A stretch of DNA of 63,958 nt, counting the filler, from Vicugna vicugna (Eukaryota), in the NCBI GenBank assembly GCA_013265495.1. It is 82 parts of 79 records of this genome, joined end to end, with 100 filler letters (N's around TTAATTAATTAA, not from the genome) between each part and the next. Parts side by side here need not be neighbours in the genome. Positions count along the whole stretch, not along the records: positions 38,772 to 39,408 come from MU062002.1; positions 39,509 to 39,989 come from PNXW01021924.1; positions 40,090 to 40,357 come from MU062004.1; positions 40,458 to 41,121 come from MU062005.1; positions 41,222 to 41,666 come from MU062006.1; positions 41,767 to 42,936 come from MU062007.1; positions 43,037 to 43,505 come from MU062008.1; positions 43,606 to 44,452 come from MU062010.1; 74 more parts are not named here. One strand, given 5' to 3'. The notes beneath the pieces were generated by a model, which was not told where the DNA came from, made no database searches, and was given only the letters and a program-made list of their open reading frames with translations. Each line of letters opens with the position of its first letter. The first letter of the stretch is position 1. This document shows, piece after piece, positions 38,772-50,466 of this stretch. Made by a program: the position numbers and the translations under genes.

Positions 38772-39408
38772 GCAAATATGGGGACGCAGAGGCCGCCCCA
38801 GACCGCGATGGAATACAGGACAGATTCAGGGCTCGAACGGGGCAGCCCGTCAAAACCGCGGGCGCTGCCGCAACCCAGGGACTGCACCGCACACGCCTCC
38901 GTGGAGCAGGCCATGACCTGAGGACCGGGCGGAGGTGTTCCAGGTCCGCCCAGCGCCTTCGCACCTGCCAGGGCTGCCCTGCTTTCCCAACCCAAACAGA
39001 AACGGCAGGGCAGACGCGGGGTTTAGGGACTACTAACGTGAAGGGGTGGGGTGTCAACACGAACCACCGCGGCGGCTCGCACNNNNNNNNNNNTGCGGCC
39101 CGGGCCTCAGCCACGCACCCCTACCTGTGCGCCCCCCAAAGGCGCAGCCCAGGCCCCACCCGCCGGTTCCATGACCGGCGCTCCCCCACCAGCACCCCCT
39201 TACCTGCCCGACCGTGGCAGCGGAGGCGAAGGCAAGCTGCGGACAAGTTCCTCGGGAGCAGGTCGCAGGAGCGCCCCGCTCCCGCCCGGCTTCCACACGC
39301 TCTGGGTGGGCTCCTGCGTCCCCGTGTTTGTGCGTCCGCGCGTTTGTGCGTGCGCGCGTTTGTGCGTGCGCGCTCCTCCTCCTCCCGCGGGAAGCGCGTA
39401 CCCTCGGG
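38772..39408 (-). promoter_or_regulatory. CpG-island fragment, probable promoter/first exon with a splice donor at 39204|39203
   Basis: Very GC- and CpG-rich compared with the other unique contigs; the minus strand reads GGGCAG|GTAAGG; tandem 16-bp GCGTTTGTGCGTGCGC repeats lie upstream. Confidence 0.55.
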
Positions 39409-39508
39409 NNNNNNNNNNNNNNNNNNNNNNNNNNNNNNNNNNNNNNNNNNNNTTAATTAATTAANNNNNNNNNNNNNNNNNNNNNNNNNNNNNNNNNNNN
39501 NNNNNNNN

Positions 39509-39989
39509 TTCCTTTAGGCCAGGACATGAGGGAAAGCTGGGGGTTGGGCTTGGTGGTCACGTAGCAGTGAGTGACACCTGATCCATTGTGGAAGTACTTA
39601 GACGACTTGTCCCTAAACGGAACACCTTTTCCTCCATTCATCTGGGTGGAGTGGAGCTGCACATCTCTCCCACACCTAAGAATGTGTTCTGGAATTCTAA
39701 GTGCAGGGAAGTTCCTCCAACTGACAGCAGCGCCTGGGTTCTAATAGAATCCCTTAGCTTGTCTTCCCTGATGGCAAGCCTACGCTGGAGTGTGGGGGAA
39801 AGTGTGGGTTGGCCATCAAGTATTAAGCCTAACCATGGGATATGTTTTTTTAACCTACAACCCACAACCATGGATTAAATGTGCCCCCTGAAAGAAGCTT
39901 TGATTTTTTCCCTACATCCAGCACAAATGCGAAGAAATGTTCTTGTATTCTCACTGTGGGGAGGTTCCTCAAACTGACAGCAGCACCTG
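39509..39989 (-). repeat. SatA' diverged satellite
   Basis: Closely matches 32160-32443 and the reverse complement of 62668-63189. Confidence 0.88.
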
Positions 39990-40089
39990 NNNNNNNNNNN
40001 NNNNNNNNNNNNNNNNNNNNNNNNNNNNNNNNNTTAATTAATTAANNNNNNNNNNNNNNNNNNNNNNNNNNNNNNNNNNNNNNNNNNNN

Positions 40090-40357
40090 ACCCACAGACA
40101 TAGAAGACAAAATTAAAGTCACCAAAGAGGAAAGAGGAGTGAGGAGGGATGAAACTGGAATTTTGGATTAATAGATACACACTACTATATATAAAATAGA
40201 TAAATAATAGGAACCTACTGTATAGCACGAGGAACTAAATTCAATGACTTGTAATAACCTATAATGAAAATTATCTAAAATATATGTTTATATATGTATA
40301 ACTGAGTCATTTGCTACATACATGAAACATTATAAATCAACTGTCAATAAAGAAAAT
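40090..40357 (+). mobile_element. LINE-1 3' UTR fragment
   Basis: cacagacatagaagacaaa...atagatacacactactatatataaaatagataaat...ctactgtatagcac...aataaa. Confidence 0.8.
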
Positions 40358-40457
40358 NNNNNNNNNNNNNNNNNNNNNNNNNNNNNNNNNNNNNNNNNNN
40401 NTTAATTAATTAANNNNNNNNNNNNNNNNNNNNNNNNNNNNNNNNNNNNNNNNNNNN

Positions 40458-41121
40458 AGTGAAAACTGCATGAAATTCAAACCAGCACTAGGAACGAAAC
40501 TGGGAAACCAGAGTAAATCTTTCTAATGCAACCCATTCCCTTTATGGTAGATGAATGAACGTATCTTAAAATGCTCTATTCTGAGACTTAAGTGTGCGTG
40601 AATGCCGTCAATCACCTAACTTTTTGGGAACACACAGTTTCTTTTGAGTTGGGAATGACACTNNNNNNNNNNNNNNNNNNNNNNNNNNNNNNNNNNNNNN
40701 NNNNNNNNNNNNNNNNNNNNNNNNNNNNNNNNNNNNNNNNNNNNNNNNNNNNNNNNNNNNNNNNNNNNNNNNNNNNNNNNNNNNNNNNNNNNNNNNNNNN
40801 NNNNNNNNNNNNNNNNNNNNNNNNNNNNNNNNNNNNNNNNNNNNNNNNNNNNNNNNNNNNNNNNNNTCACTAGTCTTGTAGGGAACACACAGTTTCTTTT
40901 GACTGGGGAACTACACTACATATATATATGGGGAGGTACTAGCTCCAAGTCGATTTTACAGTGAAAACTGCATGAACTTCAAACCGGCAATAGGAAACAT
41001 ACTGAGAAATCAGAGTAAGTGTTTCTTATGCTACCCATTCCCTTTATGCTAGATGAATGAACCAGACTCCACATGTTCAATTCTGAGAGTTAAGTGTGTG
41101 TGAAAGCCGACAGTCACCTAG
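40458..41121 (+). repeat. SatC satellite, diverged copies
   Basis: gggaacacacagtttctttt, tatatatggggaggtac, cagtgaaaactgcatgaacttcaaaccggca. Confidence 0.85.
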
Positions 41122-41221
41122 NNNNNNNNNNNNNNNNNNNNNNNNNNNNNNNNNNNNNNNNNNNNTTAATTAATTAANNNNNNNNNNNNNNNNNNNNNNN
41201 NNNNNNNNNNNNNNNNNNNNN

Positions 41222-41287
41222 TCAGAGACCCCCCAGGCTGCACCAAGCCTCCCCCAGACTCCACGAACTGCAACTGAGCCGGGACAC
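41222..41287 (-). CDS. IGHV: IGHV3-family (VH/VHH) exon 2, truncated by contig end: (G)VPA-QLQFVESGGGLVQPGGSL
   Basis: The acceptor tttgtgtttgcag is followed by GT GTC CCG GCT CAG TTG CAG TTC GTG GAG TCT GGG GGA GGC TTG GTG CAG CCT GGG GGG TCT CTG A, a clan III FR1. Confidence 0.95.
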   Translation of the reverse strand: MSRLSCSSWSLGEAWCSLGGL

Positions 41288-41391
41288 CTGCAAACACAAA
41301 GACATCCTGGTCAGGAGGCTGTCCCACGTCCTGTGATTCCCTCACTCACGACCACCCACATCCTCAGAAGCTCTTGTTCTCCATTAATTAC

Positions 41392-41437
41392 CTTGTAAAA
41401 GAGCAGCCAGGACCACCAAGCTCAGCCCCAGCTCCAT
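41392..41437 (-). CDS. IGHV: IGHV leader exon (46 nt): MELGLSLVVLAALLQ(G)
   Basis: accATGGAGCTGGGGCTGAGCTTGGTGGTCCTGGCTGCTCTTTTACAAG|gtaatt; a 104-bp GT-AG intron (41288-41391) joins it in frame to exon 2. Confidence 0.95.
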
Positions 41438-41529
41438 GGTGAGTCGTCTGTGCTCAGTCCTGATCAGAGAATGGGAGCAGCTGGNNNNNNNNNNCTCCTC
41501 TCCCAGAGCTGCAGGTCCAGGGCTGGGTG

Positions 41530-41561
41530 GCTTTATCCTCAGAGGGAGGCCCTATTTGCAT
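41530..41561 (-). promoter_or_regulatory. Ig VH promoter: octamer ATGCAAAT plus TATA-like GATAAA
   Basis: ATTTGCAT on + at 41554-41561 reads ATGCAAAT on the coding strand, about 120 bp upstream of the ATG, the canonical IGHV orientation. Confidence 0.9.
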
Positions 41562-41766
41562 GTCATCTCACTACATAGCAAGTCAGAGCCTTGCTGGCCT
41601 CAGAGAGGGCCAGGCCCCTATGCAGCTGTGAGTGTCTGTGGTTTGCTGGTGTTGGTAACATTTGGANNNNNNNNNNNNNNNNNNNNNNNNNNNNNNNNNN
41701 NNNNNNNNNNTTAATTAATTAANNNNNNNNNNNNNNNNNNNNNNNNNNNNNNNNNNNNNNNNNNNN

Positions 41767-42935
41767 TGTGAACATGCGCATGACTGATGTTTCAACCAGC
41801 AAACAAGTTACTTATGCACTATGAGATATTTATTTTTACTTCGTAGCTTCTTCCTAGCACCAGTTTCAAGAATCACACTTTGATCCCAGAAAAACTCTCT
41901 TGGAGCGAATTCTTCCCTAGACATATATAATTTGAATAGATTCCATCTACATGATATTCCGTGTTCCGTACATGCTGCATACATGACGGCTTTGACAAAC
42001 ATGCATTCCTGAGTTGAGAACATGTGAGTTACTAATCTTTCATCCTCTATGAAAGGAATATTTTCATCTAGACACAAGCTTTCCCTAAAACCAGGTTCGA
42101 ATTCGTGCATTTTTCACAAAAAAATTTTTCTGGAGCGATTTCCACCTAATAGGTATGTAATTTACATGAATTCCATCAACATGGCATTCCGGTTTCCGAA
42201 CATGCTACATGCATGACGGATTCGGTAATCATGAAGTTCTGACTTGTGCGCATGTGGATTACTGACCTTTCATCCACCAAACAATGCGTATATACACTTA
42301 GAATTATTTACTCTGACTTCATAGATTTTTCTATCACCAGGTTCTAAAATCGGACATCTGGCACCAGAAAACACTCTTTGAGCGAATTCNNNNNNNNNNN
42401 NNNNNNNNNNNNNNNNNNNNNNNNNNNNNNNNNNNNNNNNNNNNNNNNNNNNNNNNNNNNNNNNNNNNNNNNNNNNNNNNNNNNNNNNNNNNNNNNNNNN
42501 NNNNNNNNNNNNNNNNNNNNNNNNNNNNNNNNNNNNNNNNNNNNNNNNNNNNNNNNNNNNNNNNNNNNNNNNNNNNNNNNNNNNNNACCTAACACCAGGT
42601 TCGAATTCGTGAATTTTTCACAGAAAAATAGTTCTGGAACGATTTCCACCTTACAGATATGTAATTTACATGTATTCCAACAACATGGCATTCCGGGTTC
42701 CGTACATGCTACATACATGACGGATTTGACAAACATGCATTCCTGAGTTGAGAGCATGTGGATTACTAATCCTTCATCCTCTATAAATGGAATATATTCA
42801 TCTAGACACCTGTACACATTTTAACAAGCTTTCCCTAACACCAGGTTCAAATTCATGCATTTTTCACAGAGAAATAGTTCTGGAACTTTTCCCACCTAAC
42901 AGATATGTAATTTACCTGTATACCAACAACATGGC
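41767..42935 (-). repeat. SatB satellite
   Basis: Trimer followed by a duplicated subunit (cctaacaccaggttc at 42588 and 42834). Confidence 0.9.
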
Positions 42936-43036
42936 ANNNNNNNNNNNNNNNNNNNNNNNNNNNNNNNNNNNNNNNNNNNNTTAATTAATTAANNNNNNNN
43001 NNNNNNNNNNNNNNNNNNNNNNNNNNNNNNNNNNNN

Positions 43037-43235
43037 GAATATCAGGCATGTTAAACTTTAGGGGAGGAGGAATGTAGGATGGCAAAAAGAATGTGTACAT
43101 CCACTAATGTAACATGCTGACAGCAGGAGCAGCTGTGTGCAGGGCATAGGGAATATATGGGAACTCCAATTTCTGTGACTATTTCTGTAAACCTAAAACT
43201 GCACTAAAGAAGGAAGCCTGTTAAGTATATCTTTA
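43037..43235 (+). mobile_element. Old LINE-1 (L1MC-like) 3' terminus
   Basis: gggaatatatgggaactc...tttctgtaaacctaaaactgcactaaa. Confidence 0.6.
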
Positions 43236-43605
43236 AATGGGTGAAAATGGAGTAACTGGTGGCATGTTCTTTTGGAGACAAGTCTGTGATAGCAGAACCA
43301 ATGAAANNNNNNNNNNNNNNNNNNNNNNNNTACTTAGGTTATGAACTAGTTGTAACCAATGAAGGGGATATGCTTCCTTTCAAGGGAGAACCTATCACTG
43401 ATTCAGGGGTCAGCAGGTGCTAGCTGTCGTCTTCATTCTGTATAGGACCAGTGAAGCTGCGGACATGCCCTGAGAGAAATAGTGGAAGTGACAGCAGGTC
43501 TCTGCNNNNNNNNNNNNNNNNNNNNNNNNNNNNNNNNNNNNNNNNNNNNTTAATTAATTAANNNNNNNNNNNNNNNNNNNNNNNNNNNNNNNNNNNNNNN
43601 NNNNN

Positions 43606-44452
43606 TTTTCTGCATTCCATGTTCTAAATTTTGTGTTCCATATACTCTATCTATTTTCTGTATTATGTGTTCTAAATTCTATATTCTGTATTCTATATTT
43701 TGCATTCCGTATTCAATATACTATATTCCGTGTTCTACATACTGTATTCTAAATTCTAAATTCATTATTCTGTATTCTATATTCTATACTCTGTGTTGAA
43801 CTTTCTATATTGTAAATTTTTTATTAAGTATTCTGTATTCTATATTCTATATTCTGTGTTCTGCTTACCGTGTTCTTAGTTTTGGGTTCTATATTCTCTA
43901 TTCTCTATTCTATATTCTGTGTTCTACATTCTATAAACTAAATTCTACATTCAGAATTCTTTATTCTATATTCTAAATTCTGTGTTCTACATTCTATATT
44001 CGAAATTCTATATTGAGTATTCAGTTTTCTATATTCTAATTTCTGTATTCTGCATTCCATGTTCTGAATTCTTGGTTATATATTCTGTTTTCCATATTCT
44101 AAATTCTATGTTCTACATTCTATATTCTGTGTTCAATATTCTGCATTCCGTATCCTACATTCCGTATTCTGTGTTGTACATTCTATATTCTAAATTCGAA
44201 ATTCAGTATNNNNNNNNNNNNNNNNNNNNNNNNNNNNNNNNNNNNNNNNNNNNNNNNNNNNNNNNNNNNNNNNNNNNNNNNNNNNNNNNNNNNNNNNNNN
44301 NNNNNNNNNNNNNNNNNNNNNNNNNNNNNNNNNNNNNATTCCATGTTTTTTGTGTTCTATATTCTGTATTCTATATTCTCTATTCTGTGTTCTACATTCT
44401 ATATTACAAATTCTATATTCTGTATTGTGCATTCTATATACTAAATTCTGTG
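43606..44452 (+). repeat. SatD heptamer satellite
   Basis: TATTCTA-type units. Confidence 0.92.
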
Positions 44453-44749
44453 NNNNNNNNNNNNNNNNNNNNNNNNNNNNNNNNNNNNNNNNNNNNTTAA
44501 TTAATTAANNNNNNNNNNNNNNNNNNNNNNNNNNNNNNNNNNNNNNNNNNNNAATCATTTCCCCTTTGAATCTCTGGACAACTTTCCTGGAGACTCTTTT
44601 AGGGATTTATCTGGCAAACAGATCTGTCTATACGTACTACAGGGATATGTAATTCAAAACAGATGGACGCACTATCCAAAAGAAAGACATACATGCAGAT
44701 ATTTAAATATTTAAACCTGGGTTTTCATGACTTGAGGATAAAAGATTAC

Positions 44750-44990
44750 TTTTTTTATATATAGATATATATAACTGAAGTATAGTCAGTTTACAATGTT
44801 GTGTCAATTTCTGACGTACAGCCTAATGCTTCAGTCATATGTACACATACATACATTCATTTTCATATTCTTTTTCACCACAGGTTACTGCAAGATATTG
44901 AATATAGTTCCCTGTGCTGTACAACACAGTATGAATTTGTTGTTTGTGTATTTTATATATAGCAGTTAATGTCTGCAAATCTCAAACTAA
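44750..44990 (-). mobile_element. LINE-1 3' UTR, 5'-truncated insertion
   Basis: tgaagtatagtcagtttacaatgttgtgtcaatttctg...aagatattgaatatagttccctgtgctgtaca, homologous to 9355. Confidence 0.8.
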
Positions 44991-46445
44991 CGTCTGGTTC
45001 ACATAATGCCTGCAGGAACGAGTCTTAATGCGCATTTTTAATTTTGGGCACCCAGCTGCCTGGCAGGCACCTGTCCTTTCAGTCCTTTGGTGCTTGCCTT
45101 CTGCAAGTTCATGACTTCCTACTGTTGAGGCTTAGATACGAGTGGGTGCTTTTTTCTCCTTTTCTTTCATACAGAGTAAGTAAGTTCCATAAAAGTACAC
45201 AAATCAATGAGGTCAAACTGTGAGACAAAGCTATATGTTATGGGAACAAAGTGTTAAATTGTATATTTGAGTCGTTAGCCTGACCCACAGTCTGCACGGG
45301 GAAGCGCTACAGAAAACAGCACAGACGCACAGCGAGAAGTGTGCCCGTGACCTTGAACTCCTTCTCCTGGACATTTCTGTGAACTCAGACCCCTGCCCAG
45401 AGCTCAGCCCTTGGAGAAAATGACCCTGTTCTCCAGAACAGACTGTGTCTAGATTGCCAAGGTTTATAATCTTCCTCTGTTATGCAATATTAAACATTTN
45501 NNNNNNNNNNNNNNNNNNNNNNNNNNNNNNNNNNNNNNNNNNNTTAATTAATTAANNNNNNNNNNNNNNNNNNNNNNNNNNNNNNNNNNNNNNNNNNNNT
45601 ACAACTCAAGTCAACGGACACTCAGGGCACAAAGGAGAGAAGAGGGTGGTGCATGTGTTGGCTCGGGGAATGCTGGGAAGACCGGGCTGTGTTTTCAAAG
45701 AGAGGCCAAGGGCAGTTGGGAAGGGAACAGGATTCAAAGAAGGGTAGCTTGAGCAAATGGATGAGGTTGGAAACAGCATAAGAAGTCACATGGAAAACTA
45801 GAACACACTTAGTGGGAACGGGATGGAAAGACCCCATTTGCAGGACTCCATAAGAGACATCACTTGATGGATCCAAAATTGAGGAGTGCAGTAAAGAGCA
45901 AAACAGAAGAATCTTCAAAATATACCAAGTTTGCATAGGGAACTATCTGTATTTAAAAGCTTGTACTAATGTGTAACGGGAAAGTATTCCAAGCAAAGAA
46001 TTTAGGTATAAACACTGATTTCAGTAGGTGAGCCTGGAAAATTAACACAAGTGTACTATGCACTCGCATGACCGAAAGCACAGAAGGACTTTATTAGCTG
46101 TAGATTGGAAAACATAAGTCAAGAATTGAGATGGGAAAACNNNNNNNNNNNNNNNNNNNNNNNNNNNNNNNNNNNNNNNNNNNNTTAATTAATTAANNNN
46201 NNNNNNNNNNNNNNNNNNNNNNNNNNNNNNNNNNNNNNNNCGGCCTTTGGTCTTTTGACAACGTGGATATACTGCACGGATCTGCTTTTCCCTTTTTTCC
46301 CGTCTTTGTGGGAAAAGATTTCTGTAAGACAGACTACTTGGATATTAAGGATTTTGTGTGGGGTAAGTTTGGTCAGTTCTAAGGATTTCAATTAATACAT
46401 ATCAATACTTGGTATTCTGCTAATGACAGTAAAATTATAAACTAA

Positions 46446-46748
46446 CTTAAGTATACATCAGTAAGTATAGTACAATAAGCCCATCACCCAGGTTAAGGAA
46501 TACACCCAGGTTAAGGAATTCACAAACTTTTCCATATTTCCTTTATTCAGACCTTTGTTCTTTTATTTGTCCTTTGTTGAGCTATTTGACAGAAAATTCA
46601 AGAAGACATGTCATTTTACCCTATGTACTCAAGTAGGCATGTCTGAAAAATGGGGGCCTTTTCTTTAATCAGGTTTTTCCATTTGACAGATGTGCTCATT
46701 AAATACCAGCTGCATCAGGCATCTCACTAGGCATTAGGGATCCTTGGG
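46446..46748 (+). repeat. Low-copy duplicated segment, copy 1 (paralog at 54435-54718)
   Basis: Colinear and highly similar from cttaagtatacatcagtaag to gcattagggatccttggg, with scattered substitutions. Confidence 0.9.
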
Positions 46749-46848
46749 NNNNNNNNNNNNNNNNNNNNNNNNNNNNNNNNNNNNNNNNNNNNTTAATTAA
46801 TTAANNNNNNNNNNNNNNNNNNNNNNNNNNNNNNNNNNNNNNNNNNNN

Positions 46849-47502
46849 AGAACACAGAATTTAGAGTATAGTATACTGTATACTGAGTATCGGACTTAGA
46901 ATATAGACTGTAGAACTCAGAATATACAATATAGGATACGGAATGTAGAATAAAGAATAAAGAATATAGAATGTAGAACACAAAATATAGAATATAGAAA
47001 ACAGAATACAGAACCCAAAATTTAGAACATGGAATGCAGAGCATAGAATTTAGAGTATATACTACAGAATACTGAATATAAAATTTAGAATATAGAATGT
47101 AGAACACAGAATATGGAATGTAGAATACGGAATGCAGAATATTTAATACTGAATATAGAACGTAGAACACAGAATTTAGAATATAGAAAACAAGATATAG
47201 ATCCCAGAATTTAGAACATGGAATGCAGAACACAGAATTTGGAATATAAAATACAGAATACTGAATATAGAATTTAGAATATAGAATGAAGAACACAGAA
47301 TATAGTATGTAGACTATGGAATGCAGAATATAGAATATAGAATATAGAATAATGAGCACAAAATTTAGAATAGAGAATATAGAATGCAGAATTTAGAACA
47401 TGGATTGCAGAACACAGAATTTAGAGAACACAGAAAATATTCAATACCGAATATTTAATATAAAATATGAATATACAATGTAGAACACAGAATTTAGAAT
47501 AN
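46849..47502 (-). repeat. SatD heptamer satellite
   Basis: (AGAATAT)n variants. Confidence 0.92.
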
Positions 47503-47601
47503 NNNNNNNNNNNNNNNNNNNNNNNNNNNNNNNNNNNNNNNNNNNTTAATTAATTAANNNNNNNNNNNNNNNNNNNNNNNNNNNNNNNNNNNNNNNNNNN
47601 N

Positions 47602-48083
47602 CTACGAAGTCAAAGTAAATATTTCAGAGTGCATATGTAATATGCTTGGTGGTTGAAAAAACAGTCATGCGCATGTTCTCAACTCAGAAATGCATGTTTG
47701 AAGAATCCGTGACGCATGAAACATGTTCGTAATATGGAATGCCATGGTTATGTAAACAATGCAAATTACATGTGTATTGGTGAGATTTAGCTCAAAGAGT
47801 GTTTTCTAGTGCCAAATATCCGATTTTAGAACCTGGTGATAGAAAAAAACATATGAAGTCAGAGTAAATATTTCTAAGTGTATATACGCCTTGTTCGGAA
47901 GATGAAAGGACAGTAATTCACATGCTCACAAGTCAGAAACGAATCCATCATGCATGTAGCAAGTACGGAACCCGGAATGCCATGTGGATGGAATTCATGT
48001 AAGTTACATATCTCTTAGGTGGAAATCGTTCCTGAAGAATTTTTCTGTGAAAAATGCACGAATTCGAACTTTGTGTTAGGGAA
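47602..48083 (+). repeat. SatB satellite
   Basis: Matches ~37870-38350. Confidence 0.9.
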
Positions 48084-48183
48084 NNNNNNNNNNNNNNNNN
48101 NNNNNNNNNNNNNNNNNNNNNNNNNNNTTAATTAATTAANNNNNNNNNNNNNNNNNNNNNNNNNNNNNNNNNNNNNNNNNNNN

Positions 48184-48931
48184 AACAGAATTTAGAATAT
48201 AGAATACAGACTACTGAGTATAGAATTTTGAACATAGAATGCGAAACACAGAATTTAGAGTATATAATACAGAATACTGATCATAAAATTTAGAATACAG
48301 AATGTAGAACACAGAATATGGAATGTAGAATACGGAATGAAGAATATTGAGTACAGAATATAGAAAGTAGAACACAGAATTTAGAATATGGTATACAGAA
48401 TATAGAACCCAGGATTTAGAACATGAAATGCAGAACACAGAATTTAGAATATAGAATACAGACTACTGAATATAGAATTTAGAATTTAGAATGTAGAACA
48501 CAGAATTTAGAATATAGAATACCGAATACTGAATATAGAATATGAATATNNNNNNNNNNNNNNNNNNNNNNNNNNNNNNNNNNNNNNNNNNNNNNNNNNN
48601 NNNNNNNNNNNNNNNNNNNNNNNNNNNNNNNNNNNNNNNNNNNNNNNNNNNNNNNNNNNNNNNNNNNNNNNNNNNNNNNNNNNNNNNNNNNNNNNNNNNN
48701 NNNNNNNNNNNNNNNNNNNNNNNNNNNNNNNNNNNNNNNNNNNNNNNNNNNNNNNNNNNNNNNNNNNNNNNGGAATGCAGAGAGTATACAATATAGAGTA
48801 TAGAATATACAATGACGAACCCAAATTATAGAATATAGAATAGAATATTGGAACCCAGATTTAAGAACATGGAATATAGAACACAAAATTTAGATTATAG
48901 AATACAGAATACTGAATATCGAATTTAGAAT
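48184..48931 (-). repeat. SatD heptamer satellite
   Basis: (AGAATAT)n variants. Confidence 0.92.
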
Positions 48932-49031
48932 NNNNNNNNNNNNNNNNNNNNNNNNNNNNNNNNNNNNNNNNNNNNTTAATTAATTAANNNNNNNNNNNNN
49001 NNNNNNNNNNNNNNNNNNNNNNNNNNNNNNN

Positions 49032-49345
49032 CACATAGGTATAGAATACAAACTTGTAGTTGCCTAGGAGGGGGGTGAAAAGGGATAGACTATGAGTTCA
49101 AAATTTGTAGATATTGATAGGCATATGTAGAATAGATAAACAAGACTATACTGTATAGCACAGGGAAATATATACAAGATCTTGTGGTAGCTCACAGTGA
49201 AAAATATGTGTCAATGAATATATGTATGTTCACATATAACTGTAAAATTGTGCTCTACACTGGAATTTGACACAACATTGTAAAATGACTATAACTCAAT
49301 AAAAATGTTTAAAAAATAAATGAAAAAGAAAATACAATAATAATG
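49032..49345 (+). mobile_element. LINE-1 3' UTR with A-rich tail
   Basis: Reverse complement of the 9355 element: ctgtatagcacagggaaatatatacaagatcttgtggtagctcacagtgaaaa...tgactataactcaataaaa. Confidence 0.88.
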
Positions 49346-49893
49346 ATTATAAAAATAGGAACCATATGAAATGGTGCAAATAAAAATAGGAACCATATGA
49401 AATGGTGCAAGTGAAAAATAAATCTCCTTTCAAAATATTTCTAAACAAACTAAGAAGGAAAGAATGATAAATTTGACCATAGTAAGAACTTTTGTTCAAC
49501 AAAAACACCTGAAAGAAAGTAAAAAGGCAAGTTACAAAAAGAGTTGAGAAAGTATTCATATAAAATTGGGATGATTTTTGCCTAGAAAGCTTAGTAAAAC
49601 ATCCTGCAAAACCAAACCAAACCAAACTTCTTTTTCATCCTTTTTAGTGTTTCCCAGTGTTCTTACCTAGAGTTAGTGCAAAGCCTCTTTCTTAAGATGT
49701 TTCAAGTATCAATCTTTGCACATATAAGCATATTTATGTATGTGTATATGGATATATGCCTGCATGTAAACACTTACATTTTACTATTCAACANNNNNNN
49801 NNNNNNNNNNNNNNNNNNNNNNNNNNNNNNNNNNNNNTTAATTAATTAANNNNNNNNNNNNNNNNNNNNNNNNNNNNNNNNNNNNNNNNNNNN

Positions 49894-50366
49894 AGATAAG
49901 TGTGTGTGAAAGCCGTCCTTTAGTTACCTTGAAAGGAAAACAAAGTTACTTTATAGTTGCAAACTCCACTCCATACATATATATGGGGAGGTCCAAGCTC
50001 CAAATCGGTTTTACAGTGAAAACGGCAGGCACTTCAAACCTGCACTATGAAACAGACTGAGAAACCAGAGTAAGGGTTTCTCCTGCAAACCGTTCCCTTT
50101 GTGCTGGATGAACGAANNNNNNNNNNNNNNNNNNNNNNNNNNNNNNNNNNNNNNNNNNNNNNNNNNNNNNNNNNNNNNNNNNNNNNNNNNNNNNNNNNNN
50201 NNNNNNNNNNNNNNNNNNNNNNNNNNNNNNNNNNNNNNNNNNNNNNNNNNNNNNNNNNNNNNNNNNNNNNNNNNNNNNNNNNNNNNNNNNNNNNNNNNNN
50301 NNNGATACCAGAGTAAGGGGATCCCCTGCAACCCGATCCCTGTGTGCTGGATGAACGAACGTCTCT
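49894..50366 (+). repeat. SatC satellite
   Basis: Matches the 33378 array. Confidence 0.9.
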
Positions 50367-50466
50367 NNNNNNNNNNNNNNNNNNNNNNNNNNNNNNNNNN
50401 NNNNNNNNNNTTAATTAATTAANNNNNNNNNNNNNNNNNNNNNNNNNNNNNNNNNNNNNNNNNNNN

